Shown here in pieces: positions 49,022 to 57,789 of a DNA stretch of 64,000 nucleotides. The DNA is from an archaeon 13_2_20CM_2_53_6 (GTDB lineage: Archaea; Thermoproteota; Bathyarchaeia; 40CM-2-53-6). The position numbers were made by a program, and so were the translations under genes. The stretch lies in contig MNDT01000061.1 in assembly GCA_001915065.1 (NCBI GenBank), positions 2,954 through 66,953 of the forward strand, given 5' to 3'. The notes under the pieces were generated by a model. It was given only the letters and a program-made list of their open reading frames with translations. It did not search any database and had not been told where the DNA came from. The number at the start of each line of letters is the position of its first letter. Within the stretch, counting starts at the first letter, position 1.

Positions 49022-49129
49022 GAAACCGTCGCAGCTACTAGACTGCCGAACTCTTTCTATGCCTTATCGCCGCTCGCTCTGAGCCTACGAGTTACGCTAT
49101 AGTTAATCTGATTAGTCGGTCGAACGATC

Positions 49130-51178
49130 TTGGGCTACAGAGTGGCAGTAGACGTCGGTGGCACGTTCACTGACCTGTGCGCCCTTAATGAAGAAACTGG
49201 AGAACTTGTTTTCGTCAAGGACTCTACCACACCAGCAAACTTCGCGCACGGGGTCGTCCAGGTCATCCGGAAGAGCGGACTCAAAAAAGAGGACTTTACC
49301 AGTTTCCTCGGAAACGGTTCAACTATCGTCATCAATGCGATTACTGAGCGGAAAGGAGCGAAGACAGGCCTCATCACCACGAAGGGGTTCAGGGACGTCC
49401 TGGAGATCCAGAGGTCCAACAGGACTGACATGTACAATTTCAGATATGAGAAGCCGAGACCGTTTGTTCCCCGGCATCGCGTCTTCGAAGTGGATGAGCG
49501 GCTCGACTTTCAAGGGAACGTCCTCAAGGCGCTTGACGAGAAGAGCGTCCAGACCGCTCTCGAGAATTGCAAGGGATTTGGTGTGGAGTCGTTAGCGGTT
49601 TGTCTTTACAACTCTTACAGTAATCCGGAGCACGAGGAGGTGATTGGCGAGGCAGCGAGGAAAATTCTTCCTCAGGTTCCTGTGACTCTCTCACATGAGC
49701 TGACGAGAGAGTGGAGAGAGTATGAGCGGATGAACACGGCTGTGATGAACGCATTCGTCCAACCGGTAGTCGACCTGTACTTGAGCACCTTGACCTCGGA
49801 ACTTCGAAAGATGGGCGTGACGATTCCATTGCACGTGATGCAGTCGAACGGCGGCGTCTCGACCTTTGATCGAGCTCGGGAGATTCCTATCTATCAAATT
49901 GAATCAGGTCCGATCGGCGGGATAATTGGAGCCACTTTTCTCGGCAGAGTGATCGGCGAGCCCAATGTCCTCTCACTGGACGTAGGAGGCACGACGGCGA
50001 AGACATCGCTCGTGGATGATGGAGAGGTGAAGGTCAACACGGATTACAAGGTCGCTAGGTCGGCTTTCTCTTCCGGCTATCCTGTGAAGGTGCCGGTTGT
50101 CGATATAGTCGAGATCGGGGCAGGGGGAGGGAGCATAGCTTGGGCCAACGAGGTCGGGTCGTTGAACGTGGGTCCTCAATCGGCTGCAGCCGACCCTGGA
50201 CCCGCCTGCTACGACAGGGGCGGAAAGAGCCCCACAGTCACAGACGCTTTCCTCTTGACAGGAGTAATCGATCCTGACTACTTCTTGGGCGGAGAGATCA
50301 AGCTGCAAAAGTCAAGGTCAGAAGAGGCGTTCAAGGAACTGGCATCGACACTGGGCAGATCCCTCAGAGATGCGGCCATCGGCACGATACAGGTGGCCAT
50401 TGCTAACATGATCAACGCGCTCAAGCTGGTTTCGGTCCGGAGAGGCTACGATCCGAGGGATTTCGCAATGGTGGCTTTTGGTGGAGGGGGTCCCATGTTT
50501 GCAACAGCGTTGGCGAGAGAGCTGGGCGTTGAGAGAGTAATCGTGCCGCGTGTTCCAGGGGTCTTCTCTGCGCTTGGTATGCTTCTGACGGATCTTCGGC
50601 ATGACTTTCTCCAAACGAGGGTGCTTAGGCTGTCCCAAGAGGCTCTGAAAGAAGCCTTGGGTGTTGGAGAGGGATTCAGAGAGGAGGCTGTGAAGAGGTT
50701 TGAAGAAGAGCGTGTGTTGTTAGCGGATGTCTGGCACGAGCTCTCATTCGACCTTAGATACCTAGGCCAGGAGCACACGGTCAACGTTCCAATAGACTGG
50801 AAAGATTCCGTGGCCGACGTAGAGAAGAAATTCCATGATCGTCATTTCAAAGAGTACACCTTCAAGCTAACGGATCCCCTGGAGATCGTGAACATTCACG
50901 TTGCATCCTACGGCAAGGTGAAGAAACCCCGGCTCAAGAAGTACAAAGCGTCAGGCGCGGTCGGCGACGCCCTAAAGGGGAAGAGAAACGTGGTCTTCGA
51001 AAACGGGAAGCTCGTACGGATCCCCGTCTTCCAACGGGACAAGCTACCGTCAAAGAATCGTCTCAAGGGACCCGCGATCATAGAGGAGCCTACTTCTACA
51101 ACCATCTTGCGTCCCGGCGACAAGCTCATGGTCGATGATTATGGAAATCTCATGATCAGTATCCCGGGAAGCGGTTGA
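49130..51178 (+). CDS. hyuA: Hydantoinase/5-oxoprolinase A subunit (ATP-dependent)
   Basis: VDVGGTFTD, REYER, ESGP, DVGGTT, GAGGGS, GPQSAAADPGPACY, FGGGGP. Confidence 0.92.
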   Translation: MGYRVAVDVGGTFTDLCALNEETGELVFVKDSTTPANFAHGVVQVIRKSGLKKEDFTSFLGNGSTIVINAITERKGAKTGLITTKGFRDVLEIQRSNRTDMYNFRYEKPRPFVPRHRVFEVDERLDFQGNVLKALDEKSVQTALENCKGFGVESLAVCLYNSYSNPEHEEVIGEAARKILPQVPVTLSHELTREWREYERMNTAVMNAFVQPVVDLYLSTLTSELRKMGVTIPLHVMQSNGGVSTFDRAREIPIYQIESGPIGGIIGATFLGRVIGEPNVLSLDVGGTTAKTSLVDDGEVKVNTDYKVARSAFSSGYPVKVPVVDIVEIGAGGGSIAWANEVGSLNVGPQSAAADPGPACYDRGGKSPTVTDAFLLTGVIDPDYFLGGEIKLQKSRSEEAFKELASTLGRSLRDAAIGTIQVAIANMINALKLVSVRRGYDPRDFAMVAFGGGGPMFATALARELGVERVIVPRVPGVFSALGMLLTDLRHDFLQTRVLRLSQEALKEALGVGEGFREEAVKRFEEERVLLADVWHELSFDLRYLGQEHTVNVPIDWKDSVADVEKKFHDRHFKEYTFKLTDPLEIVNIHVASYGKVKKPRLKKYKASGAVGDALKGKRNVVFENGKLVRIPVFQRDKLPSKNRLKGPAIIEEPTSTTILRPGDKLMVDDYGNLMISIPGSG

Positions 51179-52917
51179 GGATGGTCAGGAAGGGAGTTAC
51201 CGAAAGTTTCACCTTGGACATTATCCAGAACTCGCTCATTACTGCCGCCGAAGAGATCTTCGCCGTCTTCGGCCGCACGAGCAAGAGCCCAGTCATCTAC
51301 GAAGTTCTCGATTACGCTTGCGGCTTGACCGACAACCAGGGGAGGATGATTGCGCAAGCGAACGGGGTCCCGGGGTTTCTTGGAACGCTCGACATGGCCG
51401 TCGTCCAAGCGATAAAGAAGTTCGGTCTGAACGGATTTCACAACGGAGACATAATCATAACGAACATTCCCTATACGGACGGGACGCATCTCAATGATGT
51501 TACTCTGATCATGCCCATCTACTATCGTGACGAGATCGTAGCCTTCTCTGCAAACAAAGGGCACTGGAGCGAGGTGGGAGGGATGCACTTTGGCAGCTGG
51601 ACATCAGATTCGACCGAGATCTACCAGGAAGGCCTCCAGTTCCCAACGATCAAACTGTTCAGCAAAGACAAGCCCGTCCAAGAGGTGATCGACATCATCC
51701 GGGCAAACGTAAGGACCCCGACGATGACGCTGGGCGATATGGAGGCCCAGGCCGCGTCCCTGAGAGTGGGGCGAAGACGGGTCCAGGAACTCTGCGACAA
51801 GTACGGGGGTAGGGTCGTTGAGAACGCGATGGAGAGGCTCATCGAGCAAGGAGAGGAACTGATGCTCAAGCGGCTTCGAGAACTGCCACATGGCACGTTC
51901 ATGGCAGAGGATTGGGTTGACGATGATGGGATCACAGACAATCCCGTGCAGGTGAAGGCGAAGGTTGAGATCAGCGATCAGAGCTTCACGATCGACCTTA
52001 CCGGGTCAGGGGCTCAAGCGAAGGGATCAATCAATTCTCCCTGGGTAGCCACGGTCTCGGCCGCCAGAACCATCCTCAAGGCGGTTACTGATCCGCACAT
52101 GCCGGTGACTGATGGTAGCTTCCACCCATTGAAGATCGTCGCGCCGGAGGGTACGATATTCAACCCCAAACCTCCAGCACCCACGTCCACGTACTGGGAG
52201 GCAATGGCCTTTGTGACCGACCTGGTCTGGAAGGCACTCGCGCCAGTGGTGCCTGATAGGCTGACTGCAGGTCACTTTCTGAGCGTCTGCGCGACCATCG
52301 TCGGCGGCATAGACGACAGGTCGAAGGAGCCGTTTGCCATCGTCGAGCCGCAGGCCGGTGGCTGGGGGGCCGGGAAGGGAAAGGACGGTGAGAGCGGGCT
52401 TGTCTGCAGCGGCGACGGCGAGACATACATCATGTCTAATGAGGTGATCGAGGTCCGCCATCCAATCATAGTGGAACAGTACTCGCTCAACGTAGAAGAT
52501 GGCGTGTCTCACGGAGAGTTCAGGGGTGGCTTCGGTCTCGTCAAAGACTATCGGATCAACAACTCCAACGCGACCTTCACCGCATCCTTCGGGAGATCGA
52601 AGTATCCTCCATGGGGAATGAACGGAGGAGACGGCGGAGGACCCAACTACTTCATCATCTACAAGTCAGGAAGAGAGCCTTTCAAGACAAGAAAAGTCGC
52701 AGCTGTCGAACTTGGAAAGGGAGACTTGATCAGGCTGAAGACCGGGCGTGGGGGAGCATACGGGAATCCGCTCGATAGAGACCCGAAACGCGTCGCTGAC
52801 GATGTCCGAGACGGATACTTGACGCCGGAAACTGCGAAAGAGAAGTATGAAGTCGTTCTTCCCATAGACTTGGACCCCGACCAGAGGAGAACCGAAACAA
52901 CACGAAAGAGTCGGTGA
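51175..52917 (+). CDS. hyuB: Hydantoinase B/oxoprolinase subunit
   Basis: SPVIYEVLDY, GTHLNDV, KGHWSEVGG, EIYQEGL, GGWGA, GEFRGGFG, GGAYGNPLDR. Confidence 0.92.
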   Translation: MRMVRKGVTESFTLDIIQNSLITAAEEIFAVFGRTSKSPVIYEVLDYACGLTDNQGRMIAQANGVPGFLGTLDMAVVQAIKKFGLNGFHNGDIIITNIPYTDGTHLNDVTLIMPIYYRDEIVAFSANKGHWSEVGGMHFGSWTSDSTEIYQEGLQFPTIKLFSKDKPVQEVIDIIRANVRTPTMTLGDMEAQAASLRVGRRRVQELCDKYGGRVVENAMERLIEQGEELMLKRLRELPHGTFMAEDWVDDDGITDNPVQVKAKVEISDQSFTIDLTGSGAQAKGSINSPWVATVSAARTILKAVTDPHMPVTDGSFHPLKIVAPEGTIFNPKPPAPTSTYWEAMAFVTDLVWKALAPVVPDRLTAGHFLSVCATIVGGIDDRSKEPFAIVEPQAGGWGAGKGKDGESGLVCSGDGETYIMSNEVIEVRHPIIVEQYSLNVEDGVSHGEFRGGFGLVKDYRINNSNATFTASFGRSKYPPWGMNGGDGGGPNYFIIYKSGREPFKTRKVAAVELGKGDLIRLKTGRGGAYGNPLDRDPKRVADDVRDGYLTPETAKEKYEVVLPIDLDPDQRRTETTRKSR

Positions 52918-53080
52918 GGGCTCGGTTCTCAGCGGACTAGAACAATCCCCTATAGGATTCATCGATCTGAACACGATCACGGAATCCTCCGCAGATCTTG
53001 TCTCCCAGGCGAACTCGAACGAACAGGCACAGGAGAGTTCTTCGCAGAATACAGCCTCAACGTCGAACCACAAGCAGCTA

Positions 53081-53250
53081 GGAAAGCCTCGGGTCATTCC
53101 TCCTAGACGCCGCGGGACCACGTACGAACTGTCCTTTCCAACTACTGAAAGTCTAACCCGAGCGGTTACGAGAACAAGAGCCGTATACCCGGGAGTCCAA
53201 GAGATTCTCGGTTAGACGTACAGGCAAGATCCAAGGTGATTCCAGGTTGA
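53081..53250 (+). pseudogene. Duplicated 3' fragment of the 44115..44900 gene (right direct repeat)
   Basis: YELSFPTTESLTRAVTRTRAVYPGVQEILG*TYRQDPR* vs YELSFLTSESLTRAVARIRTAYPGVQEILAETYMQDSR*. Confidence 0.88.
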
Positions 53251-53482
53251 TGGTATCAGAGCGTAACTGGACGACCTCAACAAGATAGACCGGCTGCAGC
53301 TGCCATGAATCGAGAACGCAAAACGAAGACACGACTGGACCAGACGCCTATGGCCCATGCCGGACATGAGCGAAAGAATCCAGAACCTAACATTGGACTA
53401 ATTATCTCTCATGAGTCTCAGGAACTGAAATAACTAGAAGACGACCAAACCAGTTATCTGACACGGGTCGAAATACCAGTCC

Positions 53483-53656
53483 GGGCAGTTCTGCGTCGCG
53501 AGACCAGCACGCATACCCTATTTTTCGAGACGCTCTATTGCTAGTCGGATCTTTACAGGGACCCATCAAGAATCCTGTTCGCGTCTCTCTAAGGTCAAGC
53601 CGATCTTATCACTGACATAGACGGCTAGGCCGTTTTCTAGGCGTTTTCCTTTGCAC
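53483..53656 (+). repeat. Dispersed repeat, degenerate copy 5 (only the ends are conserved)
   Basis: 5' GCAGTTCTGCGTCGCGAG resembles copy 4; 3' TTTTCTAGGCGTTTTCCTTTGCAC resembles the copy 1 end TTTTCTAGGCGTTTTCTCGTGCAC. Confidence 0.55.
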
Positions 53657-54335
53657 CCTCAGGGTCAGCAGCGTCTCCAGCCTCGGGGGTCTGATATCCT
53701 TCCGCCACGGAGATTGGTTACAGCATGCTGAAGCATCAAGACAGCGAGGGATCCAGATCGGCAAGGATTGAGCGAGATCGTCCATGACCTGGTGCGTCAA
53801 ATGCTCAGACTGCCCTTCGACGACGCCACCATAGTCTTCCACCTCAAATCGGCCAAGATTCGCAACGCGCAACAGATCCTGGACAGCGTCCTAGCAGAGG
53901 CCAAACAAGAAGCAATAGCCCAACTATCTTCCAGAAACCGCTAGATCAACGGATAGCGTCTTAGCAGTCAAATGCCAAGCAGGTCATTGAGACAGCAGAA
54001 GCCCAAGAGATCGTCTGCCGAGAATTCCACGAACAACTCTACGAAAATACCTCGACGCAACACGCGTGAAATGAGAAACATGGATCATCGACGGCGACCC
54101 TACTGCACCCACACGATCCCATGAACCTAAGACAGGTTGAACTGCAAGAAGTCTCGGAGATTGGGCTCGGAGACCTGATTCTCTTGATGACACTATCGCG
54201 ACGATTTTGCGTTCATCACTTGTGAGGGGTGTTGTAAAGATGATGTGTCAAGCACTTTCTGCAATGAATCCACGCTCCACACTTCCAACATTTCACCCAC
54301 TGAGATTTGCCTTCTTGTGGCAATGGTTCTGAGGA

Positions 54336-54698
54336 GTGTCTCTCCGATCGTCCGGGCATCGAATCTATACTGCTTTACCGCAAGGCTATTTTCGATTTGC
54401 TTTCGACTCGGCGAGGAGGTTCGCACGGAAGAACCTCGCAACACAGATCATAATCGCGAACGAGCAGACCCGGGACACTCTTCCTCCCTCCCGGGTCCAG
54501 ACAGAGTCTCGAAAGATCACGATAACCGAGCGAGGCTTGCAAGAGATCAGAACCGGCCGCTATGGAAGGGTCCAGCTGCCCAGCCAGGAAGAGGCCCGCT
54601 ACTGGCTCCAACAATGGCGTGAAGCCGCTATGCCCAAGGAAGAGGTTGTTGTACGCAAGAACTTGGTTCGGAGAAAACCACCAGAGGTGAGAGAATGA
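54336..54698 (+). CDS. Hypothetical protein (possibly a fragment)
   Basis: ORF with ATGA overlap to the next ORF; no recognised motif. Confidence 0.35.
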   Translation: MSLRSSGHRIYTALPQGYFRFAFDSARRFARKNLATQIIIANEQTRDTLPPSRVQTESRKITITERGLQEIRTGRYGRVQLPSQEEARYWLQQWREAAMPKEEVVVRKNLVRRKPPEVRE

Positions 54699-54949
54699 CA
54701 AAGAACAAGACCCGAGAAGGACCACTACCGCCGCCCGATAAGGGAGTCAATGATGCGAGACCTGGACTGCCAACTCCAACAGTGCGGAAACCTGTTACCT
54801 GGGTCCAACCAGAACCAACGACAGCCGACGTTACGCGACCTCAACAGCTGAGCCCAGACACGACATGGGCCGAGCCCAGCGTCGCCAAGTCGAAGCTGGC
54901 AAGAGGGTCCCCAGGGCTCTCAACCACTAGGGACCAGACAAAAGAGTAG
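54695..54949 (+). CDS. Pro/Thr-rich small hypothetical protein
   Basis: ATGA-coupled start preceded by GAGGTGA; internal TWVQPEP/TWAEP similarity. Confidence 0.4.
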   Translation: MTKNKTREGPLPPPDKGVNDARPGLPTPTVRKPVTWVQPEPTTADVTRPQQLSPDTTWAEPSVAKSKLARGSPGLSTTRDQTKE

Positions 54950-55348
54950 GCACCAAACGATGGTCCGGTCCAAGTACGTTATTTGGTTGTCTTGTAGTTT
55001 GATTGCTAGTTCTTGTTCCATTCGTGAGGGGTTGGCGTGTAGTCGTTCGCGCCAGTCGCTCCGCTGACTCGACATCTGCAATCTTGAGCTAGGGTTCGGC
55101 TATTGCTCAGACACGAGAGCGAAACTGCCTGTACTCTCGTCCATCTCTCCAGACTAAGAACACAGAGGCCACCATCACCACTTCCATGGAGGCTGCAAGA
55201 CCCGCACGCGACACTGGTCTGTGCTTGAAGGCGTCCTCAGCCTCCTCCTGACCATCGAGTTGGTCCCTCAACCCTCAATCGATACAGCCTTGAAAAGTGT
55301 CTTGTGGAGACTGAGCTATGCAGGTGAAGGTGTCCTGCAGAGGAAGAC

Positions 55349-55369
55349 TTACATGTATCCTGCATGTAA
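55349..55369. promoter_or_regulatory. Inverted repeat TTACATG-N7-CATGTAA upstream of a TA operon (candidate operator)
   Basis: Perfect 7-bp arms just upstream of the antitoxin start. Confidence 0.55.
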
Positions 55370-55386
55370 TTTTAGATGGATACTAA

Positions 55387-55623
55387 ATGGAGCGCAAGGT
55401 GGCTCAGACGGAGCTTGAGCCTGCTGAGTATTCTACACTCGCGGCGACGGCCCGGAAGAAGGGCTTGACCATAAAGGAGGCACTGCGCGAGGCGGCTCTG
55501 CGGTGGAGCCAGGAAGAATCGGGAATAAACCCCAGCGATCCCATCTTCCACGTGAAGGCTCGGGATTGGGGCAGAGGCACAGAGAACGCCTCTAGAGAAG
55601 TGGACGAAACAGTGTACGGATAG
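55387..55623 (+). CDS. RHH/CopG-like VapB antitoxin
   Basis: VAQTEL..EY..L...ARKKGLTIKEALREA; SREVDETVYG tail; upstream of a PIN gene. Confidence 0.8.
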   Translation: MERKVAQTELEPAEYSTLAATARKKGLTIKEALREAALRWSQEESGINPSDPIFHVKARDWGRGTENASREVDETVYG

Positions 55624-55635
55624 GAACAGCCTTCT

Positions 55636-56058
55636 TTGCGGCTCTTCATCGACACTGGACCCTTCATGGCCAGGCATAACAAGAGAGACAAGCAACATTC
55701 CTATGCCGTCCAATCATTCGACAAGATCAGAGATGGAGAGACGGCATACAGGAAACTCTACACCTCTGACTATATCCTGGATGAGGCTGTAACTGGATGC
55801 CGGCAGAGAACACACAACCACGGACTCTCAGTCGAACTCGGCACCCTCATCCTCTCCTCCGAATCACTTCTCATGCTCAGAGTTGACGAGGATACTCTCT
55901 TGGAGGCCTGGGAACTCTTCAAGTCGAGGAGAGAGATACCGCTCAGTCTGACCGACTGTACTTCTGCAATACTCGCGAGAAAACATGGAATAACAGACGT
56001 CTACAGTTATGACAGCGACTTTGAAGCGCTGGGTTTCAGGGTGCTCGCGCGACTCTAG
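55636..56058 (+). CDS. VapC PIN-domain toxin
   Basis: FIDTGPF, TSDYILDE, SLTDCTS, YSYDSDF. Confidence 0.9.
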   Translation: MRLFIDTGPFMARHNKRDKQHSYAVQSFDKIRDGETAYRKLYTSDYILDEAVTGCRQRTHNHGLSVELGTLILSSESLLMLRVDEDTLLEAWELFKSRREIPLSLTDCTSAILARKHGITDVYSYDSDFEALGFRVLARL

Positions 56059-56211
56059 CTCCGTTATCAGACGTTCAACCGTATTCTCGACTACCTGGAA
56101 AGCTCCAACAAGATCCTCCTTGACATGGGAGAGATTGTCTGGACCTTCCCCAATAATCCGAGACTGCGAAGACTGCTTAGAGAAAGTGTCCGGGTCTGAT
56201 AGACAGATCGC

Positions 56212-56412
56212 TCATTTCAATCGTTTTCGGAAGCTGGGTACGGTTATGCCGATGATTCTATCGCCTTTGTAGTGTAATATTATGTCATTGTTGAGTACGA
56301 TACTATCAGAGGCAGGCTTCGGTGGGCCGAAACTGATGTAGAGCACATCAGCCTCCTTATCATAGTCGACGTCCAGCTCCTCTACTTTGGAGATGGTCAA
56401 CGCTTTGGCCAA
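56212..56412 (-). CDS. DUF2283-family small protein (predicted antitoxin)
   Basis: DYDKEADVLYISF, IIGITV. Confidence 0.8.
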   Translation of the reverse strand: MAKALTISKVEELDVDYDKEADVLYISFGPPKPASDSIVLNNDIILHYKGDRIIGITVPSFRKRLK

Positions 56413-56501
56413 ACTATCCCCCTCTTGTGATTCCTAACATCGGAAGAACCGCCGTTATCATAAAAGCTACCGACTTGCTGTCTGTCGACTCGCCCAGCAA
56501 A

Positions 56502-56615
56502 CTAAGTCTTGGCTAGTTTTTCCAAAAGCTCTCGGTCTTCTCGAAGAGCTTCTTCCATTGCTTGGTTGAACTCTTCGTCTGCGAATGTATCAGGCTTCTT
56601 ATTCTGCCCCAACAT
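56502..56615 (-). CDS. 37-aa acidic helical microprotein, candidate Doc antitoxin; absent from the ORF track
   Basis: MLGQNKKPDTFADEEFNQAMEEALREDRELLEKLAKT, 11 bp downstream of the Doc gene. Confidence 0.6.
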   Translation of the reverse strand: MLGQNKKPDTFADEEFNQAMEEALREDRELLEKLAKT

Positions 56616-56626
56616 GTTCGTATACA

Positions 56627-57028
56627 CTATTCTCCTCTGTTCTCAGCTAAATTGGTTGCTATCCATTCTTCCACGCGGTCGAGTGAGATTCTGCCGGCTG
56701 CGATATCCGCTAGAAAGACATACGTCTCTTGAGATTTGGCTTTGATCTCATATCCATTCAGTCGGAGGAATAGTTTCACGAGTTCGAATGCTGTCCTCTT
56801 GTTTCCATTCACGAATGGGTGCTGTGAGATAAGATTGTAGAGTAGGAATGATGCTTTCCTCTTGACCGCGTGACGATCACCTGCGTTCCCGCCGATCTGT
56901 TTCACCGCTTCTAACACATATTCCAAATTGGACCTGCTGAGATCCCCGTGCTCGCCACCAGTCACGTCTAGGACACGATTGTGTAAGCGCTCAACCTGTT
57001 CTAACGAGGGGTACCTGATTCCCTTCAT
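56627..57028 (-). CDS. Fic/Doc-family toxin
   Basis: HPFVNGNKRTA (Doc-type Lys variant of the Fic motif). Confidence 0.9.
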   Translation of the reverse strand: MKGIRYPSLEQVERLHNRVLDVTGGEHGDLSRSNLEYVLEAVKQIGGNAGDRHAVKRKASFLLYNLISQHPFVNGNKRTAFELVKLFLRLNGYEIKAKSQETYVFLADIAAGRISLDRVEEWIATNLAENRGE

Positions 57029-57031
57029 GTT

Positions 57032-57511
57032 TCATTCAACCTTTCTCTTTTTCAGATTCGTCTTCAACCAAGCATCAGATGAAACAAGTTCGAGTTTTCC
57101 ACCCCTGACTATTGCAATCCTTTTGTCGTCTCGCAGTATCACGGTCTCGGGCTTCCAATCTTTACGATCCTTCGCCATCTCCGACATCAGCAGACCCATT
57201 AGGTACCCTCTGATGTGAGTGTACAAATTCGCCGCCAAGACCCCTTTCAAAGTATACGGCTGGGAGCGCCCGACAACATCCTCCATTCTCCACCTTCCGT
57301 TTTCGTCACGGTATGCCTTATCGGGACCAAGCTTTGTCGGATACAGTTTCACCTGATAATATTGGCGAGTCTCGCCAGACAGTTCCTTGCAGAACTGGTC
57401 AATCGTGATTCCGTCGGCCTCAGTTTTCATTTGGATTGCTCTCAGTCGCATCCTATCCGAGACCGTGACTCTTGCGTGGTCCACCCTGATCTCTAACCGA
57501 CGTCTACCCAA
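57032..57511 (-). CDS. Hypothetical protein, probably co-transcribed with the Doc gene
   Basis: 159-aa ORF ending 3 bp before the Doc start. Confidence 0.65.
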   Translation of the reverse strand: MGRRRLEIRVDHARVTVSDRMRLRAIQMKTEADGITIDQFCKELSGETRQYYQVKLYPTKLGPDKAYRDENGRWRMEDVVGRSQPYTLKGVLAANLYTHIRGYLMGLLMSEMAKDRKDWKPETVILRDDKRIAIVRGGKLELVSSDAWLKTNLKKRKVE

Positions 57512-57789
57512 GGTTCACCCGAAGAGTCCAAGACCGACCAAGATACCGTATTTAGGAATCGTCATCTGCAACCTTCATTATTGCTTCCTCGGACTGCCGA
57601 CTAATTCCCGAAAGATTCCTCGAATCTGCCTGAAATGATGCTTGTCTGTGGAGAGGATTATCCAGAGCTAGGCCCTCCTCAAAACCGCTCCGTCCGCGGA
57701 ATCCTACGTGCTAACCACAGTTGAAAAAGGTACATACGAATACGCTCAGCCATCCGGCCTCACTGCTGGAGCACACGTGAAGCCTGACC

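Noticed and set aside
53768-53944. 58-aa TTG-started helical ORF
   Set aside because: Plausible composition, but no recognisable family and it lies in a degraded region
57715-57730. CACAGTTGAAAAAGG as a mini-ORB
   Set aside because: Single isolated match far from cdc6, within a probable promoter region
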